A stretch of DNA of 60,236 nt, the filler included, from Sphacelaria rigidula (lineage: Eukaryota): the NCBI GenBank assembly GCA_964200075.2. It is 6 parts of 6 records of this genome, joined end to end, with 100 filler letters (N's around TTAATTAATTAA, not from the genome) between each part and the next. Parts side by side here need not be neighbours in the genome. Positions count along the whole stretch, not along the records: positions 40,227 to 50,182 come from CAXNAA020007425.1; positions 50,283 to 60,236 come from CAXNAA020007426.1; 4 more parts are not named here. One strand, given 5' to 3'. Shown piece after piece: positions 49,166 to 60,236 of this stretch. Position 1 is the stretch's first letter, and the number at the start of each line of letters is the position of its first letter. The notes under the pieces were generated by a model that had not been told where the DNA came from, ran no database searches, and worked only from the letters and a program-made list of their open reading frames with translations. Position numbers and translations under genes: made by a program.

Positions 49166-52100
49166 ACAGATCCCATGTACACTGGTAAGTGGAATTTGTA
49201 AAGCAAAAGTTTATAGAAACAAATGTTTATTTTGCCCATCAATTCATCCTGTAGTTGGGCAACGGGAAGACTTATTTACGAGCAGCCTCTGCTGTTCAAG
49301 TCGCACATACGAGTTAATGTCCACACAGCCGCGCTACACAGCATTAGCCGGTGGGTATATGATGCGATGTAGGGATATAAATCGCTACTGTATACAAGTT
49401 CTAAAAACCCCGTAGTCCATGGTCTACGAATAGAATGAAAAACGTGAAAACATTTTCGTGCACTTTGATGGAGACATAACGATCACAACGAGAAGCACGC
49501 GGTTTGGTGCTGTATACTGGACTGTACAATACCGTACAGGACAGTATACTGTATATCGTGCTTATGTACGGACGGTGCAATATGCTGCAGACTTATAGCT
49601 TGGCATATGAGCTACGTATGGCTGTACAGAGTGGATGCCTGTAACTTTGCGTATATGGGGGTGTTCTATACCGTCAGCTACTGCAGTATAGACCGCGACG
49701 CGCGTTTTTGAAGCATGCGCACAACTATGCCGTCAGTAGGACGTGAAAGGGAAGCGGAAAAGGTACAGTACAGACAGCGCAGGACGATATATGTTTTCAG
49801 TTCCCCGTGCGACGTGCAAATGACTTGAACAGCGTGCGCAGCTCTGTCTATGGCTGCAGCACAGTCCATGATTACTCGAGTGTGAAGGCAGTAAGCCGGT
49901 CATTCCCCGCACCCTATGTACCCCGCGTGGTTCCGCCGCCGCGCCTGTGCCCATCCCGTGCTCTTTCCTGCAGGGTTGTGGTGGTAGCTGGAACTTGTGC
50001 TGGGGTTTGCATGGTTCGATCTGTGAACGCGGCGGGTGATGAAGTACCACAAGGTTGCTGGGGTATGCATTTGACAGCAGCAGCGATATGGTCATGTATA
50101 CATCGGACTGATTCAGGAAACTCGAGAAGTACTCACTGGAGCATCAGATGCCCTCCAGAGGATTCGTTGATGTCCATTCCAGNNNNNNNNNNNNNNNNNN
50201 NNNNNNNNNNNNNNNNNNNNNNNNNNTTAATTAATTAANNNNNNNNNNNNNNNNNNNNNNNNNNNNNNNNNNNNNNNNNNNNCTAGAATCGTTAGGAGCC
50301 TCTGAACCAGACAAAATTTCGCGAAAAAAGTGCACCCCTACCGTAGCATTGCTCTGTACAACTAATGCATCGAGTTACGTATAGATGGGCAAAATAGGCA
50401 TTGTTTGGGGAAAACGCAAACGGGTACTGATATTTGACGATCGCTAAATTGATCGAATGTAACCATGAAAAAGAGTATTGGAAATCTGGAATCTCACACT
50501 CCAACAGCAAACATACAAACACATGGACAGGGGGCAAAAAGCTGGCGGGGAACATTGAGTGGAATCGAAATCGGCTGGAAGGTGTTGCCCGGCATAGTTC
50601 GGTGGATTTTTTACATTGATATCACCAACGGCGCGCGGAGTACTGGTCTTTATCTTTTATGTAAGTTTGAGGCCATCGGGAGAGTCGATAATCGTAGGCA
50701 GCTTCAGCGATGCGTGGATGTGTACTGTACCAAACCGGGCAGCAGATGCCCGGACTTACCGCTGTCGGTGCTTGAATTGTTCAGTGCCCACGAGAAGGTG
50801 GTAATTCCAGTTTTTTATATATTTCCAACTTCATGTCGTCGCCTGACAAGTGGTTAGCCCACTACCTTGTAGAATTTTGTACTGTTTCAACCCTCTCTGG
50901 GCATCGGCTCACAGATGGTGTGTACAGCGGTAGAGTACAGTACTGTAGTCTAAGTAGATGATGATGAGTAACACCCCTGTCGCCGGCGCAAAAGGGTATT
51001 TTTACTATAGAACCCAAAATCAAGTCACGAGTGATTCCTAGTAGACTGCTATCAAATCCAGTGCTAGCTGTGTTCAAAGGTCAGTATGGACCATATGTAG
51101 TTGCAAAACTGATCCAAGTTGGAGTTGAGGAATGCAGGTGAGGGTGTTATCCACCGTCAGCTATGTCATTTCGGTGCGAATCGTACAATCATACAAACGA
51201 GGGAGGAGAGGGCTTGTGTTGTGTTCCTCATGTCAAATATCGGTAAGAATAAATCCTTATTCCGCAGAAATATCAACGTGTGTGTGATACCGTTGAGTTA
51301 TGGCTGTGAACGGTAAATCTGCAGCGGGCGCAATTTTGTGGATTCAAACATTTGTTTGAATATCTTTTTGCGTATGGTCATTTTCTAGAGCCGTGGGGTA
51401 CGACCCGGTAATACAGCATAAGCGAAGAACAGGCAGAGACTTTTCCTACTGCAAGAATAGCACATTCGAATGCAGTATGTTACAAGACATGAGTTTACTA
51501 TGATGCCCATCGCCAATGGACATGACGTCAAACATTGTATTTTCCAATGCTGTTGTGCAGTATATATATACCCGTGTATCCTTGCCGGCGCGCTACGATC
51601 CTCTCACTGGTGCATCTGAATTGCTGTAGCGCCCCTCCGCCACGAGGTTTATTTTTTTGCTGCTGTCGGGGGTTTGCACTGCATGCTTGGGCTAAAAAGA
51701 GACAGCCGCATTTCATGTAAACTTGTGAACGAGGGGCATCCGGGCCCGCTAGGTCGTCGTCACCCTCATGGCTCGTGCCCTGCCCGGGTAGTGCTTGCAC
51801 ACCGCTAGTAGTAGCTGCTCTGCAAGGGCGTGTTGTATTTATCTCCGCCGTTGTAAGCGTCAAACGTCAACGCTGCGGTAGCGAGGGATACGAAGGCCTT
51901 CTGTACAAGGCGCAGCAATCCCGTTTCGTTGTGAACCCTCCGCAAAAATAAGCTGTAGATTGTGCTAGAGAGCGACAAAACCCCAACTTGTTCAGCCAGT
52001 CATGTACTTCTGCGATCCTATTCGTCACAAAAAATAAATATATATATATATACACACACGAAACCATGTTTTCTCCCCGGCGACCTGTTACGGCCTCCTC

Positions 52101-52631
52101 GCCCACAATATTGTCATGCTCCAGGTGAGGTCTCAGGAGCCAAGAAGGTCGTGGGCGGTGAATGGGTTGAAACCGGTTGGGGAGCTGAGGAGTACAAATC
52201 ATCTGATTTCCGTTGTCAAAAACGTTAGGGCTTGAGTAGCAATGATTATTTTTGATGACGGTCGACGCGGAAGTCGACGCCGTGCGGGAATGAGTCATGA
52301 TTCAATTCGCAATACCAAACTCCCAGGCATATATCTATCGGCTACGGCTATGTTGATCCCTTGCAGCAAGTCCACATGAATTATCCCCGGGAATTTTGGA
52401 CGACGACGAGCACGGTCTGTCCAACCGAGGACAGTGCTTCTTTTGACTTGGAGAAAGGAGAAAACCTCACCCAACACGGTCCCCGCAAAACGGGTTCGTG
52501 TTCCGATTGCCCGGAGGCTCGGCTAGATCGCCTCGCGGCAGTCCTGTGCGGTAGGCGCCTCGAGCGTTCGGAAAACTTCACGGTTCGGACGAATCACTGC
52601 CGGTTCGAATAACCAAATCCACGATTTCTTA

Positions 52632-53117
52632 GGCCGCTCCTTATTACAGACAAAGATGAAAAAATATCTGGCAAAGTGCCTTTTTGGAGCTTTAACGTCG
52701 TTTTACGCCCCAAAATAGAGTTAGGCGGAGTTTGACACGTTGGAATGACTTGCTCTACTGATTGAGGCGGTTCCAGGACATCTTCTCGTTATCTGGTGGC
52801 CGCAAATTTCATTTTTGGCCAAACAATATTTCTTGTCCAAGAACGGTAAGAAACAGTTAAATCTAGAAAAAATAGTCACTTTTTCTCTGAACTTGACTGT
52901 TTCTTACCGTTCTTGGACAAGAAATATTGTTTGGCCAAAAATGAAAATTGCGGCCACCAGATAACGAGAAGATGTCCTGGAACCGCCTCAATCAGTAGAG
53001 CAAGTCATTCCAACGTGTCAAACTCCGCCTAACACTATTTTGGGGCGTAAAACGACGTTAAAGTTCCAAAAAGGCACTTTTCCAGATTTTTATTTTTGTC
53101 TGTAATAAGGAGCGGCC
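52632..53117. mobile_element. 486-bp foldback element with TTA TSD (PIF/Harbinger- or Tourist-like)
   Basis: tta|GGCCGCTCCTTATTACAGACAAA ... TTTGTCTGTAATAAGGAGCGGCC|tta. The arms of about 240 bp are almost perfectly complementary and meet at a small loop near 52875. Confidence 0.88.
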
Positions 53118-55731
53118 TTAGGCCTGATTGCTGGAAAGAGAGAAAAAAAAGTCGGCCGCTGGTCAAATAGGTCTCCACGCAACTTTTGCGCCATTCCACG
53201 TGCCTGGGCTGCGCGTACCTGGCTTGGAACGCTGAAAACGAAGGTTGAGGATTGATTCGTACGGTACGAATCAATCAGACTAAAATCAAGTGATTCCCAG
53301 ACGAATCATCAATTCGTCCAACCCTCGGAAAACTTTGCCCTCAAGGCAGTGTGGGAGTTGAACCCACGAAGACCCCTTGTCAATTGGGCGCAGTGCACGA
53401 GGGTAGTTAGCCGGCGTTGGGCTACAAATGTCCATGGTTGACTCATTTTGCAAGTATCGCTACCCCTAAAAATCCTAACCCCAACCCCAACCCAACCCAA
53501 CGCATACCGAGAACCCTCGGGCAAGGGCGGTACATGGTATTCATTCCCTAGGCAAAGTGCGGTCTTGGTAGACCCCAAATCGGCGCCTGTCGCGCCGATT
53601 CCAACGAAAACGCGTTCTGCGCACGCGAGGAGCACACGGGACTGTTAGCCTCGCTCAAGATCCGATTTTCGTTGTACATATTCTAGTCAAGCAATGTGTC
53701 AAACATGGATAGTTGTAGCGCAACGCGGGTTAATTCTACTGTTATGGTGGTGAATGAAGACCTTGCCGACCAAAAATCCGTTTCCCACAAAAAATCAAAT
53801 GAACCCGGACGGATATTGAAGACGTATTGAAGACGTCATAGACCGGTCGGGCCTGTGCCGAAACTGTGTCGAGCCTCTGTTGACCATGACACACGCTCCA
53901 TCCCAAGTTACCTAGGTTTAGTATTCGTCAGCTGTAAATTTTCCATCGCTACCATCTCGAGACAGGAAACAAACCGGCCTCTTGAACTTCACAGTCTCCC
54001 CGCACACACACTAGACGTTGTGAGTTTGACAAGCGGAGTTGTTAAATCGCCACTGCGGATCCGAAAAGCCCCCAGAATGTTGCAGGAAACGCGTTTTGTA
54101 GTACAGTCTGTGTTTGGTGCAGCGGTTTGCAAAAGTGCTGCGTCCTCCGCGGCACGCGTATATGAAAACCTTTCCAAACTCACTAGTTCTGGTGTGTGGG
54201 AAGCGCACGCATCAAACCGCAGTCCAATCCTCTGCGTCGTTGCCGAGAAAGTAGCGTTGAAAGATAAGCACAACAATATACTGCAAAAAGAAGGGCACCG
54301 CAACAACACGAGCAGCAGCCTCTATTCTCCTGTTGTTATACCCCCTGTGTGCAGGTTTACAGCGACGTCAGTCACAGGTGTGTTGTAGAATGTACTATAG
54401 CAATAGTACATTTTGTATGAGCGCCGTCGTCATTTCAAGTGACGCGTGTACTCGTGATTGATACTGATTGGCTCATCTAGGTCTCATTTCTTCCGCATTC
54501 AACTGACTGTGGAGTTGGTCGATCCATTTTCCCGGTATTTAGTGCCCAAAATCGGGCCCCGTTCACGGGTATAACTGCAATGCACGCGCCACCCTACCCT
54601 TATGAGCTTCAACCCTCGGTCACCGTGTATGTGTGTAGCTTGTGGCTTCTCTCTCGGTATGGGGGGTACGAAACGTGTGGGAACGCGGTGTGGACTTGGA
54701 GTTAGTTAAACCCTCCAGAGACTAGGCTTTGGACAGGAATGAATTGACAGACTGTCGGCGTTGGGTGTCAATGCCCAGGTTGAGGAGCATGACCATAGCC
54801 CGGACTGGGGGTTGGAGGATGACAGTCCCGGGGTTGACGGGTCTGGGATGACGAGTTTGGGTTGATGGCCCGGGGTCATGAATAAGCGGGTTGGGTCAAT
54901 AGAGGTAGTGTTTCCATTTTGTTTGAAGTTGGAGTCATAGTTGCACACAGGAAGGGTAGTTCATGGTAAATCCAAAGATGTACCCTATCCCTATCCCTAT
55001 CCCTAAGTACAATGGAAATTGCATGGAACCACGGATCACGCGGCGGAAATGATCATCTGCGACAAGGTACCTGTATTTTGCGCGATGAAAAAGGAAGCTG
55101 AGCGTGGGCAAAGGTGTGCTTGTGTGTGTGTGTGTGAGGATGATGCATGGCAACTTTGCCGAAGCCGTGGAGACCAAAGACAGGGGAGACATTGCAGGCG
55201 AGCCGTGCTGTTCAACCACACGACACTGACCAAGCTAGCGGTTAGGCTACTGACCCGTTGCGGTGGGGTGACTCGGTTTGGTTTAGAGCGCAGCACAACA
55301 GCAGAAGCTGACGGAGTGACATATGGATAACAAATACTGTACGCCTGTGATTGATCTCACGACTTCAAACGCTTTCCAATAGTTGCTGCTGGCAGGCTGC
55401 TGGCATTCCTGTCAGTTCGTTTATTTTGTCTCTTTTTTCTTTTTTTCTTTTTTTTGCAATCGAATGAACCGAAGCTACCGGTTGGAAGAGAGGGGTTTCA
55501 CCGCAAATCATAGCCCAAAATTCACAGGCCAGCACGCACAGTAGAATTTCAGTTTCGGTACGAGCTGGGCCGCCCAAGAAGCCACCAGGAATGTTGAAAC
55601 GCATATTCTTCGCTCAATTTTGGATCTTTTACGATTAAATTTTGACATAATGTACAGGACGTATGTGCAAATACCAAGCCGTCCATCCCCTGTTTTTATT
55701 TTTCTTCCCCCGTGAGTTATTGGCAATTTTG

Positions 55732-55990
55732 CATACGTCGGACAGATCATGATCTGTCTGAAACAACTAATGAAAGAAGACTCTCGAGTCCGTTGGTCCA
55801 AAAACACAAAATATGTGGCAGCGTAGTCAGTAAAGCCAAAGCGCAACCGTTGCACTACTCGGCATGCTCAGCGTCCGGCACCGTAAGGAGCAAACATGGA
55901 AAAGTTGGGTCAGATGATACGGATCATGATCCGGATCAGTATACTGAGAAGAAGTAATTTTCAGACGGATCATGATCTGTCCGACGTGTG
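55732..55990. mobile_element. Putative MITE with TIRs of about 32 bp
   Basis: CATACGTCGGACAGATCATGATCTGTCTGAAA ... TTTCAGACGGATCATGATCTGTCCGACGTGTG; TSD unclear. Confidence 0.65.
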
Positions 55991-56084
55991 CATTTGTTTG
56001 CACAAGCCTAGAGGAGAAAGAGTATTTCATGACTCGGTCGCGCTTGGATCGTCCTGCTTTGTGTTACCACCACTTTCTTTGTAG

Positions 56085-58509
56085 AGCTGCCCTGCAGGAG
56101 GATCTGACTCTCTGTGGGAGTTTTCTTGAGCTCGATGGGCGAAATTTCCACTGCTGGGCACATCGCATGTGGGTAGCAGAGAAAATAGGGCTCTCTGCGT
56201 CGGAAGACTTGGAGTTTACTACCAAGATCATCATGCAGGTACTCACTTCAATTGCTCGATAAAGTAGAGCAGCAGCGCCACACTATTGTCAACAGCAGTA
56301 CTAGGACAAATATTACAAAAATCTGATCTGCCCAAGATACTGCTTATTTCTTATTTCCTGACCACTAGCGACATACTGTATTATTTACTGTGGCGCCGTT
56401 TTGTGGGACTGTCAGGACAGCTTTCCACTTGCCGCAGTCATAATCTCCCTTGTGGCTGACTTTACGACCCAAGGGTTTAGAGGGCTGAGCCACCGTGTCG
56501 GTCATCACGCGACACACTAATGAGACGGCGATTGCGTGTGGACGTCAATCCATACCCGCCCCTCCTCCACTTGAATATTTTTCAACATCAGTTGAAGCAC
56601 CCAGTTTTGCTTCCAACAGTCCATCACGTTTGGAGTGATTCTACGGTATGGATGCACTTTTTAATCCAAAAGTTGTCTGAGACTGCACACTAGGGCCCAG
56701 ATGTTTGTCATCGAGAGGCTCCTGAAGTGCAGAACCTCAGAAAATAATTGTGCACCCCTACCGTGGCACGACTCTTTGGATTTCATTTTTCGGCACGCAC
56801 ATCTTGCGGCTAATTTCCGCCACCCCCTGCTGCCCGACACTCCAATCCGCCGTACACACGTTCCACAACTCACTTAGAACTTCAGCAACTACAGCGCCTT
56901 ACACGTCCGCAGCAGGCTGTTGCCCAGAATGGTTCACGAGGAGGGTCAAGATCGATGGGATCTGCTGCAAGGGGAGCTAGAGATCACGCACGATGTGAGC
57001 TTCACTTCTCTTGTGCCCTTCGTGATCTCGCATATCCTCATGTTTTTTGTTCCTCTCCGCTGGCAGAAGTCGGTAGCGTGTCGCGTTGGGCCAACCATAT
57101 TTTTGCCGTGTGTCGGTGGATACGCCCGCGACGTACCGAGATGCTCCTGCTGTGTTATGCCGGACGTGCTGTGATGATTGTTGTATTTTACACTGCCAAA
57201 GTATCGTCGCGCCGTGCTACGGTTGATCGAAGCTGCCTACGCCAAAACTGTCATCTTCGAGCGTAAATTGATAACATGGCACGGCAGCGCTCTTCAGCAC
57301 TATTGCAGGACTAGGGTGCTGTTGTGCTGTAACCACACCAGACACTTTCTACGATAGCCCCCCCCCCCCCAAAGTGTATGGTTTTGGGAGGCAAAATCTT
57401 CACATAAAACAAAAAGGGAAAAGCCGAACAAAACCAGAANNNNNNNNNNTGTCGTCAATATGAGGCGCTTCATGCAGCCTGAACCCGAACATCAGGCGCT
57501 GTATGGCCATTTTTTGCGTGACACTTTTGGCTGGTTTTTCGGGGGGCGGGCTATCGCAGAAATTGTCACCACCGTACCCTCCTTTGCCGACTCCTTGTGT
57601 CACTTGATTGTTTGCTATTCGATACGCGCAATCGATCATCCATTCAGGCAATGTTTACCGAACCCGCAGACCAGAGCGTGTGGTGGTACCACCACTTTTT
57701 GCTGACATGGGCGGAAGGGGGGATCGACGACTATAGCGCCGAGCGGTTTGTGGATGTACTCCGGGCGGAGAGGTCTACACTGGTCGATCTCATCGATATT
57801 GAGGGGCGATGCAAGGTAATCTCATTTTATCTCCATTTATATTGCGTCGAAGTCTTTCCGGGGTTAGCAGGGAGGGGGAAGGGAGGGGGTGTAGTTTGGG
57901 TGTTCGCCAGCAGAAGGTCAGAATGATAGCTGTTCAGGGGTAAGACGGTCACTTTTGGCATGTACTTTCAGCTTAGCAACAAAGACATCGAAGGTAAAAC
58001 AATTCTCAAAAGAGGGTGGGGGCGGGAGATGTGCATGAGAGCGTTTGATGTTCAACACCATCGTGCAAAACTTGCCGCGCCTTACCTTGCCGTACATGCC
58101 ACGCGATACCACACGTCAGCGACAATTCCTTATTCTGCTGCCCCTGCCCGAGTCTGGATAAGCACTGGGTTTTGTGTTTATTCACTTTTTTTGTTTTCTG
58201 CAAATGACATGACAGTGGGCCGAAGTAACACTTCTTCTCGTGACGAAGCGATTGGTCAGTCGGCTCCAACTGCAGAAAGACGGGCTAACGGTAGCGGTAG
58301 ACCACGCAGAGGCGGAGGCGGCGGCAGCTGCCATATCAACAGGCGATAATACGACGAGCGAGATCGCCAGTCTCCAGGAGTCTTGCACGGGTATAGCGGC
58401 GCGGTTGACGCAGCTTGACCCAATACATGCTCGATTCTACGCATTCGTCGAGCAGGGCGGCTCGGTGTGGGGTGACCAAGAGATGCGGAGGAGTGTGGAG
58501 CCGTGTTGA
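56085..58509 (+). CDS. RABGGTA: Rab geranylgeranyltransferase (GGTase-II) alpha subunit, 3' part (PPTA repeats); partial
   Basis: Phase-consistent exons: 56085-56238 (EDLTLCGSFLELDGRNFHCWAHRMWV..DLEFTTKIIMQ), 56878-56994 (NFSNYSALHVRSRLLP..ELEITHD), 57648-57815 (AMFTEPADQSVWWYHHFLL..RCK), 58216-58509 (WAEVTLL..LTQLDPIHARFY..stop). DxRNFHCW, NFSNYS and FTxPxDQSxWxY are RabGGTA/BET4 signatures. Confidence 0.9.
56633..56774. mobile_element. Short MITE, GAG-terminal TIR family, perfect 4-bp TSD (TTTG), in a RABGGTA intron
   Basis: tttg|GAGTGATTCTACGGTATGGATGCAC ... GTGCACCCCTACCGTGGCACGACTC|tttg. Another right end of this family is at 50330-50354. Confidence 0.85.
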
Positions 58510-59459
58510 ATACAGTGCTAACACCCGTAAGACCTGGTGTAGGGTTTACGCGAATTCCGGCGACAGAAATCCATGGTTGACACATAGTTGGTGTTAGTGG
58601 GGGACCATTCTGTTCGGGTGCTTCGAGAGCTCACATTCCCAATAATTGTGGCTATCCTGCGCACGCTTTTCTCATGGCACCCTCCGCACCCCATTGCCCG
58701 TGGGTTCTCGGTTTGCCTTAGGTTTTAGGTTTGGGTTAGGGTAAGCCGTAGGATTTGGTGAAGATAAAAGAAGCTTCGACCATGGACCTGTATCGTCGGA
58801 TTCACGAAAGCCCGCCTCAGGAATTGAGCGCTTGCGTGAACAGTTGACAACGCCCCTTTTGTGTATGAAATGTTTGTGTTGAAAAATATCAAGTCTGATG
58901 TAACGACTTGCCTTGGTTGTGTTTTTTTCCTTCGAAATGCTCGAGATGGTCGCGCCTTCCCTTTATTTCATCAAGTCTCGGGCGCATAGAGCTTTTTACC
59001 GTGGGGGCAACAAAAGTACCGTCGTTTGCGAGCGCAGACCAGGGGGTGGCACGGGGAGGTTTTCATCGATATTACTGTAAAGATATCGCAGCCTGGACAA
59101 AATATGGTCAACAGTTGCAACAGACAAAAATGTACTGGGTAAAGTATGGACGTATGGCGACTATTGTCGGCCGAGAATAGTTTCAATACGTCCATACTTC
59201 ACGCAGTACATTTTTGGTATGTTGCAATTATTGACCATATTTTGTTCAGGGTGTAGAAAAGATACTGTTGACGGAAAAATCGCCCCTTCAGCGTTTTTTG
59301 CTTTGCGTAACTTGGCCCCGTCGACGGATTGGAGGCGTGACCCAGGTCTTGGAAGGTCTCGGACTCGACGTGCGCTTGAACATTTTACGTGCAATGAGCG
59401 ATAGTTTGAGGTTTGTGATGACTACTGCGGACAGATAAGAGGGGGGGGGGGCGTGTAGT

Positions 59460-60060
59460 AATGCACGCATATAAGGTGGGGAAGGAAAAATCATCAGAGA
59501 GTCGATGCATGTTCTGCGCTGAAGAGCCGTCACAAAGTTATCGCTGCGCCAATCGCTTGGCACGAAAGGCCTCTCGTGGACATGTCTTATCATCATTTGC
59601 CCTCAGCGGCAAATACGGCGTTCCGGATGGTTACCCAGACGTGTATTGGAATTTGTCTCCGATACTATTGCCTGCACGCTCGCGACCAGCGGACAGCGTC
59701 CGCCTGTACCAAAGAGTAGACATGGCGGTGGCAAAATGGGGACGAAGGAGTCTTGCGAAACTCGCGGTTCACCTTGCGTACGATATCAACACGGAGATAA
59801 CGAGCCTCGGATAACCACCTGCCGAACGATCGTACATGAGTTGATGTGCGATACAGTACGTCATTGGACGTACAGTAAAGCCAACCCAAACGAACGGTTG
59901 AGTTGCATCACCAACAACGGCGAACATGCCGCACATAAGAAAGGTTATGATATGGAGGACGAGACGGGCGTGTCACGATAGAGAAATTGCACAGACTTTC
60001 TGGACACGTACGAGAACTCCCGAGGCGAGGAGTAAAGCGGTGTACGCCTCATCCCGTGAG
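59460..60060 (+). pseudogene. Possible degenerate Kyakuja-Dileera-Zisupton (KDZ) transposase fragment
   Basis: Across frameshifts the motifs occur in KDZ-like order: SGQR..LYQRVDM, VHLAYDI, NGEHAAHK, ETGVSR-DREIAQTFW (compare GE..Y, YDI.C, H...H, G.G..DGE..E..W). Cys-rich CMFC..YRC lies upstream. Confidence 0.45.
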
Positions 60061-60236
60061 TTACCGTTGTTCCAGAGTTGAAGCCGAAACCCTGCTTTGT
60101 GATGGAAATGGATTGTCCTTGACGGACATTTGTGGGATTTCTTCTCTTCCTCGTGGTGTGCACATCACTCCCCCCCCCCTCCCCCCTTAGCCTGGTCCGG
60201 TGAGAACCCGGCGTGCTCCGTCCCGGCTTTGTAGGG

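Noticed and set aside
50465..51160. Pumilio-like fragments (LQRCVD; GQYGPYVVAKLIQ)
   Set aside because: The resemblance is short and I could not build a phase-consistent exon chain.
58715..58745. Telomere-like ttaggg variants (also about 53475-53500 and 54982-55006)
   Set aside because: Only 3-4 degenerate units in internal positions; not a telomere.
1..60236. Functional clustering or synteny of the WSC, NHL/EGF, SPT5 and RABGGTA genes; joining the NHL/EGF exons to the WSC exons across 9958-10057
   Set aside because: The pieces are length-sorted contigs joined by artificial spacers, so adjacency carries no biological meaning.

Overview
Eukaryotic, intron-rich, repeat-rich DNA, most likely from a brown alga (inferred from the long GT-AG introns, a WSC-domain gene and the repeat types). 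The window is not one locus. It is six pieces of 9,954-9,957 bp (1-9957, 10058-20014, 20115-30070, 30171-40126, 40227-50182, 50283-60236) joined by 100-nt N/TTAATTAATTAA spacers, so nothing can be inferred across the spacers. I rebuilt four partial spliced genes by hand from GT-AG sites and codon phase: (1) a minus-strand WSC + cystine-knot-like modular gene, possibly decaying; (2) a minus-strand NHL-repeat + LCCL + EGF-repeat protein, probably extracellular; (3) the 3' part of transcription elongation factor SPT5 (KOW domains plus a T-P-x-H-G-S-Q repeat region); (4) the 3' part of Rab geranylgeranyltransferase alpha. The rest is mostly transposon-derived: a near full-length degenerate LINE (APE endonuclease + RT) with many 3' stubs, a Ty3/Gypsy integrase relic, a probable KDZ/Zisupton transposase relic, and at least four MITE families told apart by their target-site duplications (4 bp, TTAA, TTA, 8 bp). 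There are also a 486-bp foldback, a loopless 70-bp palindrome, minisatellites and an unclassified 5-kb segment bracketed by direct repeats. I found no rRNA, tRNA or CRISPR array. I could not establish a new biological system; the best leads are ranked in the findings.
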